Source: Azolla caroliniana
Lineage: Eukaryota; Plantae; Polypodiophyta
Reading direction: 5' to 3'
DNA length: 64,000 bases
NCBI GenBank assembly: GCA_043228905.1
Contig: JBHGNT010000010.1
Span: 248,001 to 312,000, forward strand
Made by a program: the position numbers and the translations under genes. Under the pieces are notes generated by a model. That model saw nothing but the letters and a program-made list of their open reading frames with translations, was not told the DNA's origin and did no database searches. Below, one piece after another: positions 1-14,400 of the stretch (position 1 is the stretch's first letter; every line of letters starts with the position of its first letter).

Positions 1-3000
1 CTCACGGGCTCCTCTCAACTCCCTCCTCAAATTTGGTAATTTCTTCATGTCTCTCGACCTGAGTTTCAAAATCTTGATTTTTTAATTCCATATTCTAGGT
101 AGCGTTGTTAGCTTCGAATCGCAAGTTTGAACACAGAAATCCGAGATCACACGAACCAGGTATGAACATTTTAATTTACTCATGCGCTCTTCTCAACTCC
201 CTCCTAAAATGTGGTAATTTCTTCATGTCTCTCGACCTGAGTTTCAAAATCTTGATTTTTTAATTCCATATCATAGGTAGCGTTGTTAGCTTCGTATCAC
301 ATGTTTGAACACAAAAATCCGATATCACGTGGGCCAGGTATGAACATTTTAATTTACTCACGGGCTCTTCTCAACTCCCTCTTCTAACTTGCCAATTTCT
401 TCATGTCTCTCGACCTGAGTTTCAAAATCTTGATTGTTTAATTCCATATCATAGGTAGCGTTGTTAGCTTCGATTCGCATGTTTGAACACAGAAATCCGG
501 GATCACACGAGCCAGGTATGAACATTTTAATTTACTCACGGGCTCCTCTCAACTCCCTCCTCAAATTTGGTAATTTCTTCATGTCTCTCGACCTGAGTTT
601 CAAAATCTTGATTTTTTAATTCCATATCTTAGGTAGCGTTGTTAGCTTCGATTCGCATGTTTGAACACAAAAATCCGGGATCACACGAGCCAGGTATGAA
701 CATTTTAATTTACTCACGGGCTCCTCTCAACTCCCTCCTCAAATTTGGTAATTTCTTCATGTCTCTCGACCTGAGTTTCAAAATCTTGATTTTTTAATTC
801 TATATCATAGGTAGTGTTGTTAGCTTCGAATCGCATGTTTGAACACAAAAATCCGGGATAACACGAGGCAGGTATGAACATTTTAATTTACTCACGGGCT
901 CCTCTCAACTCCCTCCTCAAATTTGGTAATTTCTTCATGTCTCTCGACCTGAGTTTCAAAATCTTGATTTTTTAATTCCATATCTTAGGTAGCGTTGTTA
1001 GCTTCGAATCGCATGTATGTTTGAACACAAAAATCCGGGATAACACGAGGCAGGTATGAACATTTTAATTTACTCACGGGCTCCTCTCAACACCCTCCTC
1101 AAATTTGGTAATTTCTTCATGTCTCTCGACCTGAGTTTCAAAATCTTGATTTTTTAATTCCATTTCTTAGGTAGCGTTGTTAGCTTCGAATCGCATGTTT
1201 GAACACAAAAATCCGGGATCACACGAGCCAGGTATGAACATTTTAATTTACTCACGGGCTCCTCTCAACTCCCTCTTCTAACTCGCTAATTTGTTCATGT
1301 CTCTCGACCTGAGTCTCAAAATTTTGATTTATTAATTCCATATCTTAGGTAGCGTTGTTAGCTTCGAATCACATGTTTGAACACAAAAATCCGATATCAC
1401 ATGGGCCAGGTATGAACATTTTAATTTACTCACGGGCTCTTCTCAACTCCCTCCTCAAATTTGGTACTTTCTTCATGTCTCTCGACCTGAGTTTCAAAAT
1501 CTTGATTTTTTAATTCTATAACATAGGTAGCGTTGTTAGCTTCGAATCCCATGTTTGAACACAAAAATCCGGGATCACACGAGCCAGGTATGAACATTTT
1601 AATTTACTCTCCGGCTCTTCTCAACTCCCTCTTCTAACTTGCCAATTTCTTCATGTCTCTCGACCTGAGTTTCAAAATCTTGATTTTTTAAGTCCATATT
1701 CTAGGTAGCGTTGTTAGCTTCGAATCGCAAGTTTGAACCCAAAAATCCGAGATCACACGAGCCAGGTATGAATATTTTAAATTAGTCACGGGCTCTTCTC
1801 AACTCCTTGCTCAAATTTGGTAATTTCTTCATGTCTCTCGACCTGCGTTTCAAAATCTTGATTTTTTAATTCCATATGATAGGTAGCGTTGTTAGCTTCG
1901 AATCGCATGTTTGGACACAAAAATCCGGGGTCACACGAACCAGGTATAAACATTTTAATTTACTCAAGCGCTCTTCTCAACTCCCTCTTCAAATTTGGTA
2001 ATTTCTTCATGTCTCTCGACCTGAGTTTCAAAATCTTGATTTTTTAATTCCATATCATAGGTAGCGTTGCTGGCTTCGATTCGCATGTTTGAACACAGAA
2101 ATCCGGGATCACACGAGCCAGGTATGAACATTTTAATTTACTCACGGGCTCCTCTCAACTCCCTCCTCAAATTTGGTAATTTCTTCATGTCTCTCGACCT
2201 GAGTTTCAAAATCTTCATTTTTTAATTCCATATCATAGGTAGCGTTGTTAGCTTCGAATCGCAAGTTTGCACACAGAAATTCGGAAGCACACGAGCCAGG
2301 TATGAACATTTTAATTTATTCACGCGCTCTTCTCAACTCCCTCCTCAAATTTGGTAATTTCTTCATGTCTCTCGACCTGAGTTTCAAAATCTGAATTTTT
2401 TAATTCTATATCATAGCTAGCATTGTTAGCTTCGATTCGCATCTTTGAACACAAAAAACCGGGGTCACACGAGCCAGGTATGAACATTTTAATTTACTCA
2501 AGCGCTCTTCTCAACTCCCTCTTCAAATTTGGTAATTTCTTCATGTCTCTCGACCTGAGTTTCAAAATCTTGATTTTTTAATTCTATATCATAGGTAGCG
2601 TTGTTAGCTTCGAATCGCATGTTTGAACACAAAAATCCGGGAACACACGAGCCAGGTATGAACATTTTAATTTACTCACGGGCTCCTCTCAACTCCCTCC
2701 TCAAATTTGGTATTTTCTTCATGACTCTCGACCTGAGTTTCAATATCCTGATTTTTTAATTCCATATTCTAGGTAGCGTTGTTAGCTTCGAATCGCAGGT
2801 TTGAACACAAAAATCCGAGATCATACGAGCCAGGTATGAACATTTTAAATTAGTCACGGACTCTTCTCAACTCCTTCTTCTAACTTGCCAATTTCTTCAG
2901 GTCTCTCGACCTGAGTTTCAAAATCTTGATTTTTTAATTGCATATCATAGGTAGCGTTGTTAGCTTCGAATCGCATGTTTGAACACAAAAATCCGATATC

Positions 3001-3385
3001 ACATGCGCCAGGTATGAACATTTTAATTTACTCACGGGCTCTTCTCAACTCCCTCTTCTAACTTGCCAATTTCTTCATATCTCTCGACCTGAGTTTCAAA
3101 ATCTTTATTTTTAATTCCATATCATAGGTAGCGTTCTTAGCTTCGATTCGCCTGTTTGAACACAGAAATCCGGGATCACACGAGCCAGGTATGAACATTT
3201 TAATTTATTCACGCGCTCTTCTCAACTCCCTCCTCAAATTTGGTAATTTCTTCATGTCTCTCGACCTGCGTTTCAAAATCTTGATTTTTTAATTCTATAT
3301 CATAGCTAGCATTGTTAGCTTCGATTCGCATCTTTGAACACAAAAATCCGGGATCACACGAGCCAGGTATGAACATTTTAATTTA

Positions 3386-4453
3386 CTCACGGGCTCCTCT
3401 CAACTCCCTCCTCAAATTTGGTAATTTCTTCATGTCTCTCGACCTGAGTTTCAAAATCTTGATTTTTTAATTCCATATTCTAGGTAGCGTTGTTAGCTTC
3501 GAATCGCAAGTTTGAACACAAAAATCCGAGATCACACGAACCAGGTATGAACATTTTAATTTACTCATGCGCTCTTCTCAACTCCGCCCTAAAATGTGGT
3601 AATTTCTTCATGTCTCTCGACCTGAGTTTCAAAATTTTGATTTTTTAATTCCATATCATAGGTAGCGTTGTTAGCTTCGTATCACATGTTTGAACACAAA
3701 AATCCGATATCACGTGGGCCAGGTATGAACATTTTAATTTACTCACGGGCTCTTCTCAACTCCCTCTTCTAACTTGCCAATTTCTCCATGTCTCTCGACC
3801 TGAGTTTCAAAATCTTGATTGTTTAATTCCATATCATAGGTAGCGTTGTTAGCTTCGATTCGCATGTTTGAACACAGAAATCCGGGATCACACGAGCCAG
3901 GTATGAACATTTTAATTTACTCACGGGCTCCTCTCAACTCCCTCCTCAAATTTGGTAATTTCTTCATGTCTCTCGACCTGAGTTTCAAAATCTTGATTTT
4001 TTAATTCCATATTCTAGGTAGCGTTGTTAGCTTCGAATCGCAAGTTTGAACACAGAAATCCGAGATCACACGAACCAGGTATGAACATTTTAATTTACTC
4101 ATGCGCTCTTCTCAACTCCCTCCTAAAATGTGGTAATTTCTTCATGTCTCTCGACCTGAGTTTCAAAATCTTGATTTTTTAATTCCATATCATAGGTAGC
4201 GTTGTTAGCTTCGTATCACATGTTTGAACACAAAAATCCGATATCACGTGGGCCAGGTATGAACATTTTAATTTACTCACGGGCTCTTCTCAACTCCCTC
4301 TTCTAACTTGCCAATTTCTTCATGTCTCTCGACCTGAGTTTCAAAATCTTGATTGTTTAATTCCATATCATAGGTAGCGTTGTTAGCTTCGATTCGCATG
4401 TTTGAACACAGAAATCCGGGATCACACGAGCCAGGTATGAACATTTTAATTTA
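3386..4453. repeat. Tandem pair of a 3-mer (534 bp) higher-order unit
   Basis: Monomer order A (TATTCTAGG...GAACCAGG), B (CATGCG...AAATGTGG...GATATCACGTGGG), C (TTCTAACTTGCC...GATTGTTT) starts at 3386 and 3920; same trimer at 1-534 and as pairs at 6410-7477 and 12638-13705. Confidence 0.85.
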
Positions 4454-6799
4454 CTCACGGGCTCCTCTCAACTCCCTCCTCAAATTTGGTAATTTCTTCA
4501 TGTCTCTCGACCTGAGTTTCAAAATCTTCATTTTTTAATTCCATATCATAGGTAGCATTGTTAGTTTCGAATCGCAAGTTTGATGACAGAAATTCGGGAT
4601 CACACGAGCCAGGTATGAACATTTTAATTTATTCACGCGCTCTTCTCAACTCCCTCCTAAAATGTGGTAATTTCTTCATGTCTCTCGACCTGAGTTTCAA
4701 AATCTTGATTTTTTAATTCCATATCTTAGGTAGCGTTGTTAGCTTCGATTCGCATGTTTGAACACAAAAATCCGAGATCACACGAGCCAGGTATGAACAT
4801 TTTAATTTACTCACGGGCTCCTCTCAACTCCCTCCTCAAATTTGGTAATTTCTTCATGTCTCTCGACCTGAGTTTCAAAATCTTGATTTTTTAATTCTAT
4901 ATCATAGGTAGCGTTGTTAGCTTCGAATCGCATGTTTGAACACAAAAATCCGGGATCACACGAGGCAGGTATGAACATTTTAATTTACTCACGCGCTCTT
5001 CTCAACTCCCTCCTAAAATGTGGTAATTTCTTCATGGGTCTCGACCTGAGTTTCAAAATCTTGATTTTTTAATTCCATATCATAGGTAGCGTTGTTAGCT
5101 TCGTATCACATGTTTGAACACAAAAATCCGATATCACGTGGGCCAGGTATGAACATTTTAATTTACTCACGGGCTCTTCTCAACTCCCTCTTCTAACTTG
5201 CCAATTTCTTCATGTCTCTCGACCTGAGTTTCAAAATCTTGATTGTTTAATTCCATATCATAGGTAGCGTTGTTAGCTTCGATTCGCATGTTTGAACACA
5301 GAAATCCGGGATCACACAAGCCAGGTATGAACATTTTAATTTACTCACGGGCTCCTCTCAACTCCCTCCTCAAATTTGGTAATTTCTTCATGTCTCTCGA
5401 CCTGAGTTTCAAAATCTTGATTTTTTAATTCTATATCATAGGTAGCGTTGTTAGCTTCGAATCACATGTTTGAACACAAAAATCCGATATCACATGGGCC
5501 AGGTATGAACATTTTAATTTACTCACGGGCTCTTCTCAACTCCCTCCTAAAATGTGGTAATTTCTTCATGTCTCTCGACCTGAGTTTCAAAATTTGATTT
5601 TTTAATTCTATAACATAGGTAGCGTTGTTAGCTTCGAATTGCATGTTTGAACACAGAAATCCGGGATCACACAAGCCAGGTATGAACATTTTAATTTACT
5701 CACGGGCTCCTCTCAACTCCCTCCTCAAATTTGGTAATTTCTTCATGTCTCTCGACCTGAGTTTCAAAATCTTGATTTTTTAATTCCATATTCTAGGTAG
5801 CGTTGTTAGCTTTGAATCGCAAGTTTGAACCCAAAAATCCGAGATCACACGAGCCAGGTATGAATATTTTAAATTAGTCACCGGCTCTTCTCAACTCCTT
5901 GCTCAAATTTGGTAATTTCTTCATGTCTCGCGACCTGCGTATCAAAATCTTGATTTTTTAATTCCATATCATAGGTAGCGTTGTTAGCTTCGAATCGCAT
6001 GTTTGAACACAAAAATCCGATATCACATGCGCCAGGTATGAACATTTTAATTTACTCACGGGCTCTTCTCAACTCCCTCTTCTAACTTGCCAATTTCTTC
6101 ATATCTCTCGACCTGAGTTTCAAAATCTTGATTTTTAATTCCATATCATAGGTAGCGTTCTTAGCTTCGATTCGCCTGTTTGAACACAGAAATCCGGGAT
6201 CACACGAGCCAGGTATGAACATTTTAATTTATTCACGCGCTCTTCTCAACTCCCTCCTCAAATTTGGTAATTTCTTCATGTCTCTCGACCTGCGTTTCAA
6301 AATCTTGATTTTTTAATTCTATATCATAGCTAGCATTGTTAGCTTCGATTCGCATCTTTGAACACAAAAATCCGGGATCACACGAGCCAGGTATGAACAT
6401 TTTAATTTACTCACGGGCTCCTCTCAACTCCCTCCTCAAATTTGGTAATTTCTTCATGTCTCTCGACCTGAGTTTCAAAATCTTGATTTTTTAATTCCAT
6501 ATTCTAGGTAGCGTTGTTAGCTTCGAATCGCAAGTTTGAACACCAAAATCCGAGATCACACGAACCAGGTATGAACATTTTAATTTACTCATGCGCTCTT
6601 CTCAACTCCGCCCTAAAATGTGGTAATTTCTTCATGTCTCTCGACCTGAGTTTCAAAATTTTGATTTTATAATTCCATATCATAGGTAGCGTTGTTAGCT
6701 TCGTATCACATGTTTGAACACAGAAATCCGATATCACGTGGGCCAGGTATGAACATTTTAATTTACTCACGGGCTCTTCTCAACTCCCTCTTCTAACTT

Positions 6800-9700
6800 G
6801 CCAATTTCTCCATGTCTCTCGACCCGAGTTTCAAAATCTTGATTGTTTAATTCCATATCATAGGTAGCGTTGTTAGCTTCGATTCGCATGTTTGAACACA
6901 GAAATCCGGGATCACACGAGCCAGGTATGAACATTTTAATTTACTCACGGGCTCCTCTCAACTCCCTCCTCAAATTTGGTAATTTCTTCATGTCTCTCGA
7001 CCTGAGTTTCAAAATCTTGATTTTTTAATTCCATATTCTAGGTAGCGTTGTTAGCTTCGAATCGCAAGTTTGAACACAAAAATCCGAGATCACACGAACC
7101 AGGTATGAACATTTTAATTTTCTCATGCGCTCTTCTCAACTCCCTCCTAAAATGTGGTAATTTCTTCATGTCTCTCGACCTGAGTTTCAAAATCTTGATT
7201 TTTTAATTCCATATCATAGGTAGCGTTGTTAGCTTCGTATCACATGTTTGAACACAAAAATCCGATATCACGTGGGCCAGGTATGAACATTTTAATTTAC
7301 TCACGGGCTCTTCTCAACTCCCTCTTCTAACTTGCCAATTTCTTCATGTCTCTCGACCTGAGTTTCAAAATCTTGATTGTTTAATTCCATATCATAGGTA
7401 GCGTTGTTAGCTTCGATTCGCATGTTTGAACACAGAAATCCGGGATCACACGAGCCAGGTATGAACATTTTAATTTACTCACGGGCTCCTCTCAACTCCC
7501 TCCTGAAATTTGGTAATTTCTTCATGTCTCTCGACCTGAGTTTCAAAATCTTCATTTTTTAATTCCATATCATAGGTAGCGTTGTTAGTTTCGAATCGCA
7601 AGTTTGAAGACAGAAATTCGGGATCACACGAGCCAGGTATGAACATTTTAATTTATTCACGCGCTCTTCTCAACTCCCTCCTAAAATGTGGTAATTTCTT
7701 CATGTCTCTCGACCTGAGTTTCAAAATCTTGATTTTTTAATTCCATATCATAGGTAGCGTTGTTAGCTTCGTATCACATGTTTGAACACAAAAATCCGAT
7801 ATCACGTGGGCCAGGTATGAACATTTTAATTTACTCACGGGCTCTTCTCAACTCCCTCTTCAAATTTGGTAATTTCTTCATGTCTCTCGACCTGAGTTTC
7901 AAAATCTTGATTTTTTAATTCTATATCATAGGTAGGGTTGTTAGCTTCGAATCGCATGTTTGAACACAAAAATCCGGGAACACACGAGCCAGGTATGAAC
8001 ATTTTAATTTACTCACGGGCTCCTCTCAACTCCCTCCTCAAATTTGGTATTTTCTTCATGACTCTCGACCTGAGTTTCAATATCCTGATTTTTTAATTCC
8101 ATATTCTAGGTAGCGTTGTTAGCTTCGAATCGCAAGTTTGAACACAAAAATCCGAGATCACACGAGCCAGGTATGAACATTTTAAATTAGTCACGGACTC
8201 TTCTCAACTCCTTCTTCTAACTTGCCAATTTCTTCAGGTCTCTCGACCTGAGTTTCAAAATCTTGATTTTTTAATTGCATATCATAGGTAGCGTTGTTAG
8301 CTTCGAATCGCATGTTTGAACACAAAAATCCGATATCACATGCGCCAGGTATGAACATTTTAATTTACTCATGGGCTCTTCTCAACTCCCTCTTCTAACT
8401 TGCCAATTTCTTCATATCTCTCGACCTGAGTTTCAAAATCTTTATTTTTAATTCCATATCATAGGTAGCGTTCTTAGCTTCGATTCGCCTGTTTGAACAC
8501 AGAAATCCGGGATCACACGAGCCAGGTATGAACATTTTAATTTATTCACGCGCTCTTCTCAACTCCCTCCTCAAATTTGGTAATTTCTTCATGTCTCTCG
8601 ACCTGCGTTTCAAAATCTTGATTTTTTAATTCTATATCATAGCTAGCATTGTTAGCTTCGATTCGCATCTTTGAACACAAAAATCCGGGATCACACGAGC
8701 CAGGTATGAACATTTTAATTTACTCACGGGCTCCTCTCAACTCCCTCCTCAAATTTGGTAATTTCTTCATGTCTCTCGACCTGAGTTTCAAAATCTTGAT
8801 TTTTTAATTCCATATTCTAGGTAGCGTTGTTAGCTTCGAATCGCAAGTTTGAACACAAAAATCCGAGATCACACGAACCAGGTATGAACATTTTAATTTA
8901 CTCATGCGCTCTTCTCAACTCCCTCCTAAAATGTGGTAATTTCTTCATGTCTCTCGACCTGAGTTTCAAAATTTTGATTTTTTAATTCCATATCATAGGT
9001 AGCGTTGTTAGCTTCGTATCACATGTTTGAACACAAAAATCCGATATCACGTGGGCCAGGTATGAACATTTTAATTTACTCACGGGCTCTTCTCAACTCC
9101 CTCTTCTAACTTGCCAATTTCTCCATGTCTCTCGACCCGAGTTTCAAAATCTTGATTGTTTAATTCCATATCATAGGTAGCGTTGTTAGCTTCGATTCGC
9201 ATGTTTGAACACAGAAATCCGGGATCACACGAGCCAGGTATGAACATTTTAATTTACTCACGGGCTCCTCTCAACTCCCTCCTCAAATTTGGTAATTTCT
9301 TCATGTCTCTCGACCTGAGTTTCAAAATCTTGATTTTTTAATTCCATATTCTAGGTAGCGTTGTTAGCTTCGAATCGCAAGTTTGAACACAAAAATCCGA
9401 GATCACACGAACCAGGTATGAACATTTTAATTTATTCACGCGCTCTTCTCAACTCCCTCCTAAAATGTGGTAATTTCTTCATGTCTCTCGACCTGAGTTT
9501 CAAAATCTTGATTTTTTAATTCCATATCATAGGTAGCGTTGTTAGCTTCGTATCACATGTTTGAACACAAAAATCCGATATCACGTGGGCCAGGTATGAA
9601 CATTTTAATTTACTCACGGGCTCTTCTCAACTCCCTCTTCTAACTTGCCAATTTCTTCATGTCTCTCGACCTGAGTTTCAAAATCTTGATTGTTTAATTC

Positions 9701-11430
9701 CATATCATAGGTAGCGTTGTTAGCTTCGATTCGCATGTTTGAACACAGAAATCCGGGATCACACGAGCCAGGTATGAACATTTTAATTTACTCACGGGCT
9801 CCTCTCAACTCCCTCCTGAAATTTGGTAATTTCTTCATGTCTCTCGACCTGAGTTTCAAAATCTTCATTTTTTAATTCCATATCATAGGTAGCGTTGTTA
9901 GTTTCGAATCGCAAGTTTGAAGACAGAAATTCGGGATCACACGAGCCAGGTATGAACATTTTAATTTATTCACGCGCTCTTCTCAACTCCCTCCTAAAAT
10001 GTGGTAATTTCTTCATGTCTCTCGACCTGAGTTTCAAAATCTTGATTTTTTAATTCCATATCATAGGTAGCGTTGTTAGCTTCGTATCACATGTTTGAAC
10101 ACAAAAATCCGATATCACGTGGGCCAGGTATGAACATTTTAATTTACTCACGGGCTCTTCTCAACTCCCTCTTCAAATTTGGTAATTTCTTCATGTCTCT
10201 CGACCTGAGTTTCAAAATCTTGATTTTTTAATTCTATATCATAGGTAGGGTTGTTAGCTTCGAATCGCATGTTTGAACACAAAAATCCGGGAACACACGA
10301 GCCAGGTATGAACATTTTAATTTACTCACGGGCTCCTCTCAACTCCCTCCTCAAATTTGGTATTTTCTTCATGACTCTCGACCTGAGTTTCAATATCCTG
10401 ATTTTTTAATTCCATATTCTAGGTAGCGTTGTTAGCTTCGAATCGCAAGTTTGAACACAAAAATCCGAGATCACACGAGCCAGGTATGAACATTTTAAAT
10501 TAGTCACGGACTCTTCTCAACTCCTTCTTCTAACTTGCCAATTTCTTCAGGTCTCTCGACCTGAGTTTCAAAATCTTGATTTTTTAATTGCATATCATAG
10601 GTAGCGTTGTTAGCTTCGAATCGCATGTTTGAACACAAAAATCCGATATCACATGCGCCAGGTATGAACATTTTAATTTACTCATGGGCTCTTCTCAACT
10701 CCCTCTTCTAACTTGCCAATTTCTTCATATCTCTCGACCTGAGTTTCAAAATCTTTATTTTTAATTCCATATCATAGGTAGCGTTCTTAGCTTCGATTCG
10801 CCTGTTTGAACACACAAATCCGGGATCACACGAGCCAGGTATGAACATTTTAATTTATTCACGCGCTCTTCTCAACTCCCTCCTCAAATTTGGTAATTTC
10901 TTCATGTCTCTCGACCTGCGTTTCAAAATCTTGATTTTTTAATTCTATATCATAGCTAGCATTGTTAGCTTCGATTCGCATCTTTGAACACAAAAATCCG
11001 GGATCACACGAGCCAGGTATGAACATTTTAATTTACTCACGGGCTCCTCTCAACTCCCTCCTCAAATTTGGTAATTTCTTCATGTCTCTCGACCTGAGTT
11101 TCAAAATCTTGATTTTTTAATTCCATATTCTAGGTAGCGTTGTTAGCTTCGAATCGCAAGTTTGAACACAAAAATCCGAGATCACACGAACCAGGTATGA
11201 ACATTTTAATTTACTCATGCGCTCTTCTCAACTCCCTCCTAAAATGTGGTAATTTCTTCATGTCTCTCGACCTGAGTTTCAAAATTTTGATTTTTTAATT
11301 CCATATCATAGGTAGCGTTGTTAGCTTCGTATCACATGTTTGAACACAAAAATCCGATATCACGTGGGCCAGGTATGAACATTTTAATTTACTCACGGGC
11401 TCTTCTCAACTCCCTCTTCTAACTTGCCAA
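6800..11430. repeat. 13-mer tandem duplication (period 2313 bp)
   Basis: Private variants recur at +2313 (13x178-1): GACCCGAG 6821/9134, CCTGAAA G at 7505/9818, TATTTTCTTCATGAC 8048/10361. Confidence 0.88.
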
Positions 11431-14400
11431 TTTCTCCATGTCTCTCGACCTGAGTTTCAAAATCTTGATTGTTTAATTCCATATCATAGGTAGCGTTGTT
11501 AGCTTCGATTCGCATGTTTGAACACAGAAATCCGGGATCACACGAGCCAGGTATGAACATTTTAATTTACTCACGGGCTCCTCTCAACTCCCTCCTCAAA
11601 TTTGGTAATTTCTTCATGTCTCTCGACCTGAGTTTCAAAATCTTCATTTTTTAATTCCATATCATAGGTAGCGTTGTTAGTTTCGAATCGCAAGTTTGAA
11701 GACAGAAATTCGGGATCACACGAGCCAGGTATGAACATTTTAATTTATTCACGCGCTCTTCTCAACTCCCTCCTAAAATGTGGTAATTTCTTCATGTCTC
11801 TCGACCTGAGTTTCAAAATCTTGATTTTTTAATTCCATATCATAGGTAGCGTTGTTAGCTTCGTATCACATGTTTGAACACAAAAATCCGATATCACGTG
11901 GGCCAGGTATGAACATTTTAATTTACTCACGGGCTCTTCTCAACTCCCTCTTCTAACTTGCCAATTTCTTCATGTCTCTTGACCTGAGTTTCAAAATCTT
12001 GATTGTTTAATTCCATATCATAGGTAGCGTTGTTAGCTTCGATTCGCATGTTTGAACACAGAAATCCGGGATCACACAAGCCAGGTATGAACATTTTAAT
12101 TTACTCACGGGCTCCTCTCAACTCCCTCCTCAAATTTGGTAATTTCTTCATGTCTCTCGACCTGAGTTTCAAAATCTTGATTTTTTAATTCTATATCATA
12201 GGTAGCGTTGTTAGCTTCGAATCACATGTTTGAACACAAAAATCCGATATCACATGGGCCAGGTATGAACATTTTAATTTACTCACGGGCTCTTCTCAAC
12301 TCCCTCCTCAAATTTGGTAATTTCTTCATGTCTCTCGACCTGAGTTTCAAAATCTTCATTTTTTAATTCCATATCATAGGTAGCGTTGTTAGCTTCGAAT
12401 CGCAAGTTTGCACACAGAAATTCGGAAGCACACGAGCCAGGTATGAACATTTTAATTTATTCACGCGCTCTTCTCAACTCCCTCCTCAAATTTGGTAATT
12501 TCTTCATGTCTCTCGACCTGAGTTTCAAAATCCGAATTTTTTAATTCTATATCATAGCTAGCATTGTTAGCTTCGATTCGCATCTTTGAACACAAAAATC
12601 CGGGATCACACGAGCCAGGTATGAACATTTTAATTTACTCACGGGCTCCTCTCAACTCCCTCCTCAAATTTGGTAATTTCTTCATGTCTCTCGACCTGAG
12701 TTTCAAAATCTTGATTTTTTAATTCCATATTCTAGGTAGCGTTGTTAGCTTCGAATCGCAAGTTTGAACACAAAAATCCGAGATCACACGAACCAGGTAT
12801 GAACATTTTAATTTACTCATGCGCTCTTCTCAACTCCGCCCTAAAATGTGGTAATTTCTTCATGTCTCTCGACCTGAGTTTCAAAATTTTGATTTTTTAA
12901 TTCCATATCATAGGTAGCGTTGTTAGCTTCGTATCACATGTTTGAACACAAAAATCCGATATCACGTGGGCCAGGTATGAACATTTTAATTTACTCACGG
13001 GCTCTTCTCAACTCCCTCTTCTAACTTGCCAATTTCTCCATGTCTCTCGACCTGAGTTTCAAAATCTTGATTGTTTAATTCCATATCATAGGTAGCGTTG
13101 TTAGCTTCGATTCGCATGTTTGAACACAGAAATCCGGGATCACACGAGCCAGGTATGAACATTTTAATTTACTCACGGGCTCCTCTCAACTCCCTCCTCA
13201 AATTTGGTAATTTCTTCATGTCTCTCGACCTGAGTTTCAAAATCTTGATTTTTTAATTCCATATTCTAGGTAGCGTTGTTAGCTTCGAATCGCAAGTTTG
13301 AACACAGAAATCCGAGATCACACGAACCAGGTATGAACATTTTAATTTACTCATGCGCTCTTCTCAACTCCCTCCTAAAATGTGGTAATTTCTTCATGTC
13401 TCTCGACCTGAGTTTCAAAATCTTGATTTTTTAATTCCATATCATAGGTAGCGTTGTTAGCTTCGTATCACATGTTTGAACACAAAAATCCGATATCACG
13501 TGGGCCAGGTATGAACATTTTAATTTACTCACGGGCTCTTCTCAACTCCCTCTTCTAACTTGCCAATTTCTTCATGTCTCTCGACCTGAGTTTCAAAATC
13601 TTGATTGTTTAATTCCATATCATAGGTAGCGTTGTTAGCTTCGATTCGCATGTTTGAACACAGAAATCCGGGATCACACGAGCCAGGTATGAACATTTTA
13701 ATTTACTCACGGGCTCCTCTCAACTCCCTCCTCAAATTTGGTAATTTCTTCATGTCTCTCGACCTGAGTTTCAAAATCTTCATTTTTTAATTCCATATCA
13801 TAGGTAGCGTTGTTAGTTTCGAATCGCAAGTTTGAAGACAGAAATTCGGGATCACACGAGCCAGGTATGAACATTTTAATTTATTCACGCGCTCTTCTCA
13901 ACTCCCTCCTAAAATGTGGTAATTTCTTCATGTCTCTCGACCTGAGTTTCAAAATCTTGATTTTTTAATTCCATATCATAGGTAGCGTTGTTAGCTTCGT
14001 ATCACATGTTTGAACACAAAAATCCGATATCACGTGGGCCAGGTATGAACATTTTAATTTACTCTCCGGCTCTTCTCAACTCCCTCTTCTAACTTGCCAA
14101 TTTCTTCATGTCTCTCGACCTGAGTTTCAAAATCTTGATTTTTTAATTCCATATTATAGGTAGCGTTGTTAGCTTCGATTCGCATGTTTGAACACAGAAA
14201 TCCGGGATCACACGAGCCAGGTATGAACATTTTAATTTACTCACGGGCTCCTCTCAACTCCCTCCTCAAATTTGGTAATTTCTTCATGTCTCTCGACCTG
14301 AGTTTCAAAATCTTGATTTTTTAATTCTATATCATAGGTAGCGTTGTTAACTTCGAATCGCAAGTTTGCACACAGAAATTCGGAAGCACACGAGCCAGGT

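Noticed and set aside
111-150. CENP-B box-like motif (TTCG ... CGGGA)
   Set aside because: TTCG and CGGG are too far apart to fit NTTCGNNNNANNCGGGN.
1-178. Origin of the monomer from 2x89 or 3x60 sub-repeats
   Set aside because: Only short echoes (TTTTAATT, AGGTA, AAAATC, TGAACA) at inconsistent offsets; not supportable by eye.
1-178. 5S rDNA, tRNA or snRNA tandem array
   Set aside because: No recognisable 5S/tRNA sequence, Pol III A/B/C boxes or cloverleaf.
1-178. Assignment to Arabidopsis CEN178/CEN180
   Set aside because: Same length only; the sequence does not match my recollection of that consensus, so no family name is given without a search.
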